From Trichodelitschia bisporula (Eukaryota): a stretch of DNA of 64,000 bases. The notes under the pieces were generated by a model, which searched no databases, was not told the DNA's origin, and saw only the letters and a program-made list of their open reading frames with translations. The stretch lies in the NCBI GenBank assembly GCA_010356995.1, contig ML996698.1:1-64000 (forward strand), read 5' to 3'. Below are positions 50,238 to 62,600 of this stretch, in pieces. The first letter of the stretch is position 1. Every line of letters begins with the position of its first letter. The position numbers and the translations under genes are program-made.

Positions 50238-51253
50238 ATGCGCACGCGATCATTCCTCTTTCCCCTCCTTTCCCTCCTCCCATCAGCCCTCCCCGAACAC
50301 CTCGCGACGACGACGGAAGCGCAATGGCCCTCCGACCTCCCGCCGGATATCAAACACCACCCGCTCGCGGCCCGCGGCCTCGCCGCGCTCTCGTCCCTCA
50401 GCTCCCATGAACCCATCTCCGCACGCCCCATGCCCGCGGACGCAGGCGCGATGTTCTTCCTCGACTACTGGGCGTTTGAACCGCAGGCCCCGCTCGAAGC
50501 CGCCTTCGAAGCCGCATCCTCGTCCGCAGCTTTCTCCCCCCCACCAGCAACACCGAACTCAACCTTCCATCCCCCCCTCCTCCCTCACATCTTCTCCCCT
50601 TCGCACCGTCTCGCCAAACGCGCCTTCCAATGCCCCACCGACACCACCGCATGTACCTCCATCGGTGAAGCGAACGCCTGCTGCCCCACCGGCGCGTCGT
50701 GTACAAGGCTCGACGATGGCAGCGTGGGGTGTTGTCCCGAGGGGGCGGGGTGTGCGGGGCCGGTGGGGGAATGTGATGTTGAAAGTGGGTATAAGAGTTG
50801 TACTGGTGGGCTGGGGGGGTGTTGTATCCCTGGAGCGGAGTGTGAGGGGGTTGGGTGTAAGTTCTTCCCTTTGTTTTTTGTTGGGAGGGGGAGGAGGGGA
50901 GGGGGGATTGGGTTGCAGTTGGAGCTGAGGGGCTGGAGGTTTGCCCGGGGACGACACGAGGCTGCCACGCGGCAGGCCCAGTCTTGCCCGAGCATCCGGA
51001 CCGGAAGCTCCAGGCCGCCCGATTCCCAACCCACGCCCCCTGAACTGGCCCCATCTCTATCAGAAACCATGCTAACAGCTCCCCCACAGGCATCGTAACA
51101 ACCGGCACCTCAACCACAACCACCACCCTCCCCACCGTAACCATCGTAACCTGCGGCTTCGGCTTCACCACCTGCCGCAGCAGCACCTGCTGCCCCACCA
51201 CCACTACCACCGCCACCACCACCACACAACCCTCCTCCACTCCCCGTCCCTCC
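50238..51253 (+). CDS. Secreted Cys-rich, Thr-rich protein, probably GPI-anchored (runs into assembly gap)
   Basis: Signal peptide, MFFLDYW motif, KR Kex2-type site, repeated C..CCP.G..C units, intron 50857-51089, Thr-rich stalk. Confidence 0.85.
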
Positions 51254-51691
51254 NNNNNNNNNNNNNNNNNNNNNNNNNNNNNNNNNNNNNNNNNNNNNNN
51301 NNNNNNNNNNNNNNNNNNNNNNNNNNNNNNNNNNNNNNNNNNNNNNNNNNNNNNNNNNNNNNNNNNNNNNNNNNNNNNNNNNNNNNNNNNNNNNNNNNNN
51401 NNNNNNNNNNNNNNNNNNNNNNNNNNNNNNNNNNNNNNNNNNNNNNNNNNNNNNNNNNNNNNNNNNNNNNNNNNNNNNNNNNNNNNNNNNNNNNNNNNNN
51501 NNNNNNNNNNNNNNNNNNNNNNNNNNNNNNNNNNNNNNNNNNNNNNNNNNNNNNNNNNNNNNNNNNNNNNNNNNNNNNNNNNNNNNNNNNNNNNNNNNNN
51601 NNNNNNNNNNNNNNNNNNNNNNNNNNNNNNNNNNNNNNNNNNNNNNNNNNNNNNNNNNNNNNNNNNNNNNNNNNNNNNNNNNNNNNNNNNN
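51254..51691. other. Assembly gap (438 N)
   Basis: Run of N. Confidence 1.
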
Positions 51692-51898
51692 GGGGTGGAT
51701 GGGGATGTTGGTTGGAGGGGCGGCGGTTTGGGTTGCGTGGTGGTAGGAGAGAAGGAAGGTGCTGGCTCAGTCGGTTGGATTTTGTGGTCTTGATTTGAAC
51801 AGTTTTATACCTTGGATGATTTGTACTAGCTTCGGTTCGAGGCGTCCGCTTGATGGTATTTACGAGAACATGATACGGGAACATAGACATTGGAAAGG

Positions 51899-52214
51899 CT
51901 ATGGAGATGCACATTGTATTTGCTCCATGCCTTGGATATGCTCGATTAAAAATGCTCTGTTCCAAAATGGCATATTAGTCTAATGAATAAAGCGAGGACC
52001 GCACATACGTGAGGAAGCCTTTGCCCACACCCTCATCTCCGTAGCAGCAGAGTATTGGGGATTTGGACTTCCCCAACAACCAATCCATGTAGAGCTTTTC
52101 ATCCAGTAGCCAGCTGCTGGCTCTCTCCGCCCTCGACTTTTGGTATAGCCCTTGGGTATCAGAGGGCGAGGGGGGAGATAGGCCCTTGTACTGAAAAGGC
52201 TCTGAGCCAGACAT
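51899..52214 (-). pseudogene. Truncated fungal NACHT (NLR-type) P-loop NTPase fragment
   Basis: LSPPSPSDTQ...RAERASSWLLDEKLYMDWL...ILCCYGDEGVGKGFLT | intron 51957-52008 | AFLIEHIQGMEQIQCASP*. Matches the start of fungal NACHT domains through Walker A, then stops. Confidence 0.7.
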
Positions 52215-53011
52215 GGTCGTCAATAGAAGTTGAAGCATATCTAGAGGTTGCGGATGTGAAAGTTCGATGAGGAGGTCAGGGTTCAGCGAGATGAGGACGT
52301 CTTATATATCGGTGTGTATGTTAGACTGAGATGTAGAGAGGAAGAACCAGAGACTTGAAGTCCGAAACCCTAGGCATCTGACTTAAAATTCGGACCCTGG
52401 CGCTCCTGTAGCAAAGCGCTTCACCTTCCGGCACACCGTCTTTCTTCTTCCATTAATAGCAGACCCGTGCAGTAACGTAAATGCAATGCTGTGTTATTAG
52501 GCGAAAATGCAGTGTTGTCACGTCTGTGTTTGTTAGAGCAAAAATTGTAGTGCTGCGTTATCAGGTGGAGGGAGTTAAGGGCTCGATAGAAAAGTTGTAG
52601 CTTTTCCTCCCCATTATACTTACCTACTACTCAGCATAATTGCCTTTTAGAGTTAGCCATAACTTTTCGAGGAGGCGGCCTCTAGCTCTCCTGCTTTACC
52701 TTAGGAACTCCAATAAAATCATAGCCACCCTGTCCGCAAATGCAGCCGCGTCGCGCGGCTACAATTTCTACCGGTGGCCCATAATATGCGGAGCAGTTAG
52801 AGATAGTACATCATCTCTGGGCGAATCGTATAGAGTCTTCACCGCGTAGAGGTTGATAATGCACTGCAATGCATAAGCAGTAGGTAGTGAAGACATTCGG
52901 ACTGACTCTCAGCTGGAACGAAAGCAGCAACGTCGCACCATAGCTGGCTCAATGCATTCCAAAATCTCTCATCATTCAGTACCAAACACCGAAAAACGCC
53001 AGCGCCCACGC

Positions 53012-55620
53012 TCACGCCGTCGCCGACTTCTTCGTCGCCGGATCCTTCATACAATAATCGTAATTCCCCTTCTGATAATTATTCCCCCAGTACGCCGGGA
53101 ACGGGACCTCCTTCCCCCCACCACCGAACACAGCAAACGTAAGGATGAACACGAGAACCTGCGTGCCGCCATCCATCGCCGCGCTCAGGATGTAGTTGTA
53201 CTTTACGAACCACCGCGGGTGCTTCTTGCGCAGGTACAGCTGGCTGAAGAAGCCGATGATAAAGTAGGAGAGGATCGAGGAGTTGATCCCTACGCAGAGC
53301 CACCCGATGAAGTACGAGATGATGGCCGTGTTCCAGTAGTCGAGGCGTAGCTTTGGCCACCGGCGGTGAAGCAACCAGAACGGCAAAGGCACGAAGAAGC
53401 CGATGATGAAGGCGAGTGTGACCCATTGGTATCGTCCACCGACAGAGAAGAGTTCCTTGGCGAGTCCGCCCCACGCAATCGCCTAAAGGGTCAGCGGTGA
53501 CCGCACCGGAGGTAAGATACGTACCTGCGAGTTGTAGGACTGCACCACCTGCCCAGACCAGACATTCGTGCCCTCGACGGAGAGCAGAATCTCGCGCTGG
53601 TTCGTCGTGATAGAAGACATGATGATGTAAGAGAAGATGCTGCCGACAATCGTGCCAACCATTTGCATCACAAAGGTACACCGCGGACTCAAATGCGCAT
53701 ATTGCGCAAACTTCAAGTCCCGCAGCAACAGCGTCCCCTGCGACACGGAGTTATATCCAAACAACACGAAATACATATTCGCAACCGGCATCCCAGGGTG
53801 CAAATACCCGCCAATCATCTGGATGACAGGCTGAACCCCGAACCCGAACCCAGTGATCGCAATCTGAGCGCCGAAGAACAAGATGCAGATGCTAGACAGC
53901 GCAGCTGCGATAAAGAACCCCCACCACGGCAGCGTCGAGTGAGCATAGTGGTTCGTGATTAGTCCAACGGTCACGGAGAGCAGCAGTACACACCCGTACC
54001 ACCAGTTCGGGGCGTCGCGGTACGCGAGTGAGAGCTTGTAATGCGGGTCCGGCTCCTGCTCAGCCGTAGGGCGCGTATCGCCGGACTGCCAGAACTTCCA
54101 CCCACCGGAGCTGACGACGCGTTTGATGTTCGCGGGGCTAGCAAAGGCCCAACCGGACTTGATGTCGTTGTAGTTCCACAGGAGCAGGTGTATGCAGGTG
54201 GCGGTGATGGCCATGTTAGTCGAGAGGATGTAGACAAGGTATGTAGGGGAGAAATAGGGGAGGCCCTGTTTCTCTAGTAGGGCGTGGTCGACGCGGTAGT
54301 TGCTGTCGAGAATGGCGGATTGGTTGAATTGTACATACGTCGTGCCGTTGGACTTATCGGTGAAGAGCAGTTGCCCGAGGAAGGGGAAGTCGCGGGCGTT
54401 CCAGAGGTTGGAGTAGTACACGGCGGTGAAGGTGAAGATGCAGAGCATGTATCCGACGAGGTTGTTGCAGATTGTCTGGAAGGGAAGCCACATGCCCGCA
54501 GAGCCGACGTATTGCCAGTCGAGGCAGATGGACAAGAAGCCGAGCCCCTCGTTACCGTTCGAGCCTCCGAAAAGCCGAGTGAAGACCATGCTGTCGCGCT
54601 TTGCGAGGCAAAAGATGGAGATGCCGGTCAAGACGGGCACTGCGGAGTCAGCGCGCATCGGATAAAAAGGGGCAGACTAACTGATGTACTCGGGGAAAAA
54701 CTCCCAGAAGAACAGGACTGTAAACCCGATGTAGAAAACGCGCATCTTCTTCTTTGTCGCATCTCTATCGCCGTGAAGGCTCTCAATGAGCGAGTTCAGC
54801 GGCAAAAGCGAGGGATAACTGCGTGGTCAGCATGATTCCAAGCTACAGACGCGCGGCTGACTTACAACATCTTCGTCGGATACACCAAAGTCTGCCGGAG
54901 CACCCCAGCCACACCGTACCCTAAGCACTGCGAGGCGAATATAAGAAAGATGCCAACCAGTGGATGCGGTATCTTGTCGTAGTACAGCTTCTGGACGGAC
55001 AAGACCTCAATAGCGAGCGGAGCGTTGGCAGCCGTCGAAGCCATAATCACAATCGCCGCGTGCTCCTTGTTGTTGAACTGTGCACGTCAGCCTTGCCCGT
55101 AGCCCGTCGAGCCCTCCGTACCGGATGTGGATTGAACCACCTCCCTATCAACCCCTTGCGAGGAATAAGGAACGCCATCAGTTCCCCGAGACAATAGCTA
55201 ATAACGGCCAGAAACACCGTCGACACAGATATAGTCTGCGGCTTGAAGTAGTAAATCGTCCCCAGCGTACCGCCAAACGTGGACAGTCCCATTCCTACTA
55301 CAGTTAGCCAGCGCCGTCGACTCCTCATACCACCCACCTAAAAACCACACCCGGAATGTCCACGGGTTAATCGTCGGGTCATCCTCGGCTTTCAGGACCT
55401 CATTTACAAGCTCTTCGGCCGTTTCGGGCGGCGCCACGAAGTGATCCGACTCATCGCTGTAAGTCGTCACGGTCGTGAACTTCTTCTCCTCCAGCGTGCC
55501 GTCCGTGGTGCCAGTCCCGGTGTACCCCACGCCGGGGAATTTCTCCTCGTCGCGCAGGGCGTTCTCGCGCGCGGTGGTGTAGCCATCATCGCGTTCTGGG
55601 GCGTTCTTGGAAACTGCCAT
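53012..55620 (-). CDS. OPT-family oligopeptide transporter
   Basis: EDDPTINPWTFRVWFLG, FNPHP|FNNKEHA, CLGYGVAG.LR..LVYP, GGSNGNEGLG, Y.DAPNWWY, DLKFAQYAHLSPR, KYNYILSAAMDGG; five introns. Confidence 0.95.
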
Positions 55621-55768
55621 GGCGTGGCTATTGTGTGGCTATTGCGGGATCATCCACTGGAAAGCGGGAGGGGCGCTTTAAACCATCTCAACAGCTAGAA
55701 GTAGCTGGGAATAGCCACCGGTGGATGGTCGCAAAGAGGCACAGAGTCGCCGCCATAAAGCGGAAAGT

Positions 55769-56345
55769 AGATAAGAGATAGGCATGGTTGCTGCTCAGTT
55801 GCCTCTCGAGGGAGGTTAATTTGCTCTCCCTGAAACGATATGCGGATGCCACATGAGGGCTATCGCGCGCTACCATGTCCTCGCGGCCCCCTAGGCTACT
55901 TGCCACTGCGTGCTTAAGCTCGGGAGACTCGGCATCTACGCCGTGAGATCACGCTTCCGGATATCTGAAGATCGTAGACGCGGCTAAATTTAGGTAACTC
56001 GCCGGCCATGGGACGGGTTGCGTATCCCGAAGAGGAAGGCCATGATGGATGTTGCACCATCACTGTCAATTGTTGCAACTCATCGCCACTTCGTCCGCAA
56101 AGGGTACATCGACAAAGCTTCAGGGCTCTAATCTTGATAGCAATGCTCGATTCTACAACGGTGAATGGCGTTCCGTTTAGATTGCGACAGATAAGTTGAC
56201 GTTCGATTCCGGGCCAGGGCTGGGATCGGAGAGACGGAGGTTATCCAGGGCCAAGCACCGAGGCGACGACCAGATGGGAGAGGCCGCCAACAGATGCGTG
56301 CTCTGGCTTCCAGTGGTCAGAGGTGGTCACTTTGCGTGCAGATAG
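55769..56345. promoter_or_regulatory. Cluster of HGATAR (AreA/NIT2-type GATA) sites upstream of OPT
   Basis: AGATAA 55769, AGATAG 55776, CGATAG (minus) 55860, TGATAG 56135, AGATAA 56189, AGATAG 56340. Peptide transporters are typical nitrogen-catabolite-repression targets. Confidence 0.4.
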
Positions 56346-56966
56346 ATCGCTTTGATTTAGAGATGAATTCAATTAACCTTATGGCTGCTGTTTCGCCATG
56401 CAGAACTGTAGATGATGAGTCAGCTAGAGCGTTCACAGGGGGGGAAGTACATAGCAGGGCAGAGGGAGGATGGGAAGAGGAAAAGGCGCACGCCGAAGCA
56501 GGGCGCGCTGCCTTTTGTAGTCGCAAGCCCGCCAAATACGAGTCGGAAATGAACCGGACAGTTTGAAGTCACCGCTAGGGATTCCGAGCCGGTAAGCAAC
56601 GTTCGGACACCGCCAGCTGTTTTGTGTTTCAAATTGGGTCGTCGGATGCGGCGGCCTGGAGTCTTTAGTGACTCGGTTGCCGATCACCTAACCGACACTG
56701 GTTTGGCTTGATATGATGGCCGGAACTCGAGGCTCGCACCACTCGCTGCAGACAGTCCAGAGTACGGTGAAATCAATCACGGGTTTCCAAAGTCCAACTC
56801 ACGGTGAACGCGGGATGCAGACGACAACGGACAACCTTGGGCTGCCGAACGGGATATGGCCATTCAGTACGATCTCCGAAAATCAACCCTGAGCGGAGTG
56901 TCCCCAGCCCGTACCTTATGCCACCACCAACGCCGTGAATGCGATGTCTAGAAACGCTCACCGGGC

Positions 56967-57580
56967 TCAAGAGTTCATGTCCGCTTCCTTGAACGGATCC
57001 ACCGCCCCCATCAAGTTGAGCACCTGTCCATCCTCCGTCTTCAGCTCCCACTGCTGCGTCTCAAACTGCGACCGTTAGCACCATCCCGCGCACTCAGCCA
57101 TAAACCCACAAATCCCTTCCTCGTCCTCTTCTCACTCCGAAAATGCACACTCCCCACCCCCCTCGTCCCCTTAACCTTAAACTCAATATCAATCCTCCCA
57201 TGCAACTGATCAATACTCCCCCAAATCCACGGTATGCGGTGCGCAAAGTAGATCTCATCCCCCAGCAGTTCCCTCGCCGCCTTATTCGTCCGGAGCGCAT
57301 ACATCGCGCTCGTGACCACGCTACTCGAGCTCTTCTGGTAGTTGAATATCGCGAGCGTGCACACGCCCAGGAAGGCGAGGAACAGCGGTGCCGTGCGCAG
57401 CCACCGGGAAGCTAGGTTGCTCTGTAGGGCGGGGAGTTCGCGGTCGGGGCGGCGCGACATGAGGGGACCTGAGCCTGGCTTCGGGGCGGCGACGAGGGTG
57501 CGCTGTGCATTGCGGCGGAGGAGCGGTGGGAGGGATCGTAGGGTCGGCGGACGGGCGGTGCGGGCGAGTCGGGAGAACAT
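56967..57580 (-). CDS. COA1: Cytochrome c oxidase assembly factor COA1
   Basis: Mitochondrial presequence, one TM, IFNYQKSSSSVV.S.MYALR, LLGDEIYF...PWIWG.IDQLHGRIDI.F.VKG; intron 57066-57109. Confidence 0.92.
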
Positions 57581-58072
57581 TGGATTGTTGGCGCCGGGTG
57601 GAGGAGAAGCTGGTGCGCGGCGATGGAGATGTCAAAATGCTCTCAGCCCTATGGAGCTTGGCCTTGGCTGTGGGGTGCACGGACGGAGCCAATCGCCTCG
57701 ATGGACTCTGGCAAAGAAAATGCATCGCATTCACATCGACACGTTCGCAGTTTTTCATCTTAGGCTTTTTGACAGGCAGTTTCAAAGGAAACTGGTGCCT
57801 GCCATATTATGCCATCATGTGTGATGCGCAGTGATTTCTACCACGTCATTTGTATCGGGAGTACTGTTACGGCTGGAATGGCGAACTGGCGATGCCACGA
57901 TCAATGTTTTCAGATCTTGCCATACCTGCTTCTGTATCTAATTCCGGAACCAATAAAGCATTTCCCTAATGTCCGATCTTCCCACAAACGTACATGACAC
58001 CTTTCCCCTGAAAACGCCCTCCCAGCCGTACCCGCCAAACTCCGCCAAACAGTCCCATCCATATCCTCATCC

Positions 58073-58689
58073 CTAAGCCCCCTTATACCTATACTTCAAC
58101 CCCTCCAACTCCCCCACATCAATCGGCCTCAACACGCCCCTAACCCCCGCCATCAAACCCGCCACCACAAGCGGCAAACTTGCAATCCACACCTCCCCCC
58201 AATCCTTTCCCCCAACCCACCCCCCCAGCGCCAACACCCCCGCCAGCGCCGCATTCAACCACCCCACCCAAGCCAGCGGCCCTGTTTCCTCTACCCTTAC
58301 TTCCCCGAGTGGGGTCGCGCGCGTCCTAGCGCTGGAGTCGAGATACAGGCCCAGAGCGGTGAAGAGCAGGGAGGAGAATTGGAGAAGCGAGGTTAGGGTC
58401 CCGGAGGCGGTGGGGGATGTGAGGGCGCGTTGGGCGTAGAGGAGCGAGGTGAGGAGCGGGAAGATGAGGAAGGCGCGGGTGTAGAGGGCGGTGCGGGCGG
58501 CGTCGGTGGCGGAGAGGGTGTGGATTAGGTGTTCTTGTTCTGGGGGAGGTTAGCGGGGGTGAGGGGGGGTTGGGATGGGGGAGGAAGGGTGAGCTGGTGG
58601 AACGGACCTTGCTCGTCCATGTCTGCGGGGAGGTCGGAGTCGGAGTCGGGCGTGGAGTGCCGGAAGGGGTTGCGTTGGTGGAGGGGCAT
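58073..58689 (-). CDS. Conserved hypothetical membrane protein
   Basis: MPLHQRNPF...MDEQ|EQEHLI (intron 58540-58607), about 4 TM, C-terminal ELEGLKYRYKGA*. Confidence 0.82.
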
Positions 58690-59602
58690 GGTGGTGAGTC
58701 TGGGGAGAGACGGTGGACAGTAGATGATGAAGGAAAGGTGAAAAGGTGGTGAGGAGGGCGGTAGCCGGGCGGAGACGGTCGATGCGCAGTAAAGTGGTGA
58801 TGTGGATGTTTTGGTGTTGAACGAGCTTCGCGGTGGTCAGAGCTCCCGGGCTGGCCTGTGGCGGTGATGATGTCAGGTGCCAAGTGGCAGGGCTGAGGCA
58901 AGGCTGGGTGTGGCGCTGACGGTGGGGGGCGATGATATTTGCGCAAGATGGGGAGCTGATGTTTGCTAGCAGCTATCGTGTGCTTGTGCACTATAAATGC
59001 TAGATGCTATTCACTATACTAGGCCGGTTCTAGTCTATGTTTGAAGGTAGCTGTCAGGCAGCTGCCGATGCCACCCCTTCATCGCTGCCTTGCCCAACAT
59101 GTTTACCGATTTAAGACATCCCCTAACTTCAATACGGAGTAAATGCCCCCTTTGCTTGCGAGATCATTCTTCTGAGACCGTCCCCTAGGAGAGCGGCTTT
59201 GTGGGGACAGAAGCGGGGACATCGTTCCCAAGGTCGACAGCCAGAGGAATACCCGTACATACACTAACCCTCGTTGTTATCCTTCACCCCGCCCTTTCCA
59301 CAAAAAGCACCGGGTAAAGTCGTCTCATGTGTACTCGTGGGGGCCGCATCAGATACGAAAGAGCTGCCTCGCCAGGTGCAAGATACAGATCCAGAGGCAG
59401 GTACAGCGAGATCAGAGGACGACGTTCACAATCCAGACAGCAATGTACTTATAACCATAGTAACCGTATCGAAACTTTTATCCACCCATCCCACCACAAG
59501 AGCACCACTCTCTATCCCCCACCCGCTCAAAAAGCCCGAAGTAAACCGCCTGTCCCACCCAGCCCCCTCATCCCATCCACCCCCCCCCCTCCACCATCCC
59601 AT

Positions 59603-62600
59603 CTACATATCCACACTATCATTAAACCTCAGCACCCCATTCGCCCTCACCGTCCCATCAACCCCCTCCCTCGCCACGGGCACACCCCACCTATGCCCCG
59701 CGCTCGCCTCCGGGTTCGAAGAACCCACATCAGCGATCAACACCAGGCCCGCCGTCTTGATACTCTCAATGAGTTTGGGCGCGAGATCCTGTTTTGTCAG
59801 CAACCAAGGGGTGGGAAAGGGGGGAGCTTACCAAGAGCCGCTGCGAACACACCAACCCCATAAAATTATTCATCCGCGCAATCTGCACCGCCTCCTTCAC
59901 ACTCAGCGCCCCGCCGGCGCAGCCACTCGGCTGCCCACCCTGCGCGCCGAGATCATTACACAGCAGCACGGGATAATTGGGCTGCTTCCAATTAACCGCC
60001 GTACAAACATCTTCATTCGCACTACTAAACACCACACTCCTCAACCACCCCTCCACCCCCGGGCCCTCGCGTGTCGTCCTAGCATGCTCAAACACAACCC
60101 CCAACACCGCGTCCGCGAACGCGTTGATATCGCGCGGCGGGCGCAGGCCAAACGTTTCCTCGTCCTGGCGGCTCGGGTACAAGAGATGCAGTTCGACGTG
60201 CAGGCTGGGCGGGAGGACGGAGAGCGCGGAGGCGAGGGTGGAGAAGGAGGATAGGAAGAGGGCGTGGAGCTGCGGGAGCGGGGTGGAGGGGGAAATGTGC
60301 GACTCGATGTTGCCCGCGCCCTGGTGCCGGCCTACGCCGACGAATTGCTCGTAGCTGAGGCTGCCGACTGGCACCGCGAGCCCTTCGTGGATGACTTTCC
60401 ACCCGGGCCAGAGGACGGGCACGCCGTCTGCCGTCATCTGCACGAACAAGCGCACATAATCCCCGCTGAGGCTGGACCCTGTGATCAGGCTACTCGAGTG
60501 CGGGGTCTGGTTCGTAGCCTTCCAGTACGTCGCGAAATGCGTGATTTCAAGCGGTATGCCGGAGAACGGCTTCACGACCTGGAAGTTGAAGCTTATGCGG
60601 CCGATGGCGCGCAGGCGCGGGTCGAGCAGCTCGAGGTGCCACTGGTCGGAACTGGATGCGCGGCCGGTGAAGACCTTCGAAGACGCGACGGTGCGCGCGA
60701 TGACCTTCGCGCCGAAGGTGGGGTAGATATCGAAGTCAATCGAGAACGTCTCGAGATTATCAATCTGGAAACTAATAATCTTGAACTCGTCCTGAATCGG
60801 CAGCAACAGGTTCCTGGGAATAAGATCCGAGCTTTTACTCGAGATAGTGATTCTGGCGGCGGGGTACTTGTTATCGTCGTAGAACTGTATCGCGTCGTAC
60901 CCCAGATTCGCAAAGCTGATGATGACAAACGTCTTCGAGTCGAGGAAGTTGTGCCCGTACCGCCGCACGGGGATTATGGGCGGCGGGAGGATGAACGGCG
61001 GGATGGAGTCGGCTTCTTTGCTCATCGGCCCCGGCGTCGCGGGCGGTGGAGGCATGGAACTGCGCTCCGCACGCCGCGTCTGCGCGCCGCCCTCGCCCCG
61101 CGCCTCGGCGAGCAGTTTCATGCAGTCGAGATACCCCTCCCAGATAGCATAGTACGACGCCGAAAGCCCCTTTTCGTCGAGAATCGAGGGATCGGCGCCG
61201 CAGCTCAGCAGCGCCTGGAGACACTCGACATTCCCTTCGCTGGCAGCGTGGAAAAGCGGCGTCCAGCCGTACAACTTATCCGGTTGGTCGAGGTCGGCGC
61301 CGTAATTGCGGAGCATGAAGAGCAGCTGCGGATCCTTCGACGAGCGGGCGACCAGGTGCTGGGGATACAACCCCTCGGCATCGGGCAGGATCTGCGGGCG
61401 CCGCGCGAGAAGCTCTTGTACTACGAGGAGGGAACCGTGCTGGCAGGCGAGGTTCAGCGGGTTGTGGTCTGATTCGGAGGTAGGGTCTATTCCGGCGTTC
61501 AGCTCGAGGAGTTTCTGGATGCAGGGCAGATGGGAGTGGACGATTGCGTGGATGAGCGGCGTGAAGTTATCGTGGTCCTTGAGGTTGATGGTGTCCGGGC
61601 GCGCGCCTATCAGGTCCTGGATCATTTCGACGGAGCCGTGCATGCAGGCGTAGTGCAGCGGTATGCGGCCGTAGATATCCGCGGCGCGCACGTCTACGTT
61701 GCCGGAGAGCCCGATGACGAGCAGCGCCATGCGGCCCGAGATGGCGGCTTTGTGGAGGATGTTGCGGTGGTTGATTTCGTCGATCTCGGAGAGATCAACC
61801 ATGCCCGTGTCAAGCAGCAGCTTGAGCACCTGCTCCGGGGCTTCTTCGCATGTCCCGAGGAAGGCCTTGGTGATGCGCATACCGGCGGTGGGGAAGGCCT
61901 TGATGCGGTTCGCCCAGTCCTGGACCACGCCCAGGTTGCCGGCTGTGATGGCCTGCAGGATCTGCACGTCGAGGTCGTCGTCTTCTTGCTCTATCGTCCG
62001 TCTTGAGTCGGCCTCCCGGTCTCCCGAGATGTACGGTTGGATGTTCTCGCCTTCGGCCCATGCTGCGAAGTCGAGCAGATTTGTCGTTGCCTGGTCGGAT
62101 AGATCGCTGATCACATCACGGTTGAAGCAGGGCTGGACCTCGACGGCACGCGAGAGGTAGACAACTTTAGTCTCCGACTAGGCCCGTCAGCAGCGTCACG
62201 GAGCAGTAACCAAAGAATCCCGACCTTCGACGTCTTATCCCACTGCGACTAGTCAGCGAGAGCCCAGGGACAGCAAAATGGTAGATTCAGACCTTTTTCA
62301 GAATCTTGGAAAAGGCAGCCGCGTTGATCTCGATGAATTGCTGCTAGCCATCAGCCCCAGGTCCTTGAAATGCGATTCGTGCGTACCTGAAGTTTCGTCA
62401 GGTCGCTGCTGAACTGGTGGAAGCCCTCTTCAAGGGCGATGTAGCGCGAGGAAAGACGGGAGGCATGTGTTTGCTGCGATTGCATCGACCGCTTCTGGTC
62501 GAGCAGTGATGAGAGGCGGAGTTTAAGCTGTGATTCATTAGCTTCCGCTTACGGATGGCCCGGTTGACGTACCTCTGCTTCCTTTTGCAGGTAGAAGGTG

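Noticed and set aside
52540..52775. Imperfect inverted motif (gatagaaaagttgtagc / gctacaatttctacc), possible MITE relic
   Set aside because: Too degenerate; no TSD or clear termini.
59274..61472. 326-aa and 402-aa plus-strand ORFs
   Set aside because: Antisense to PHO81.
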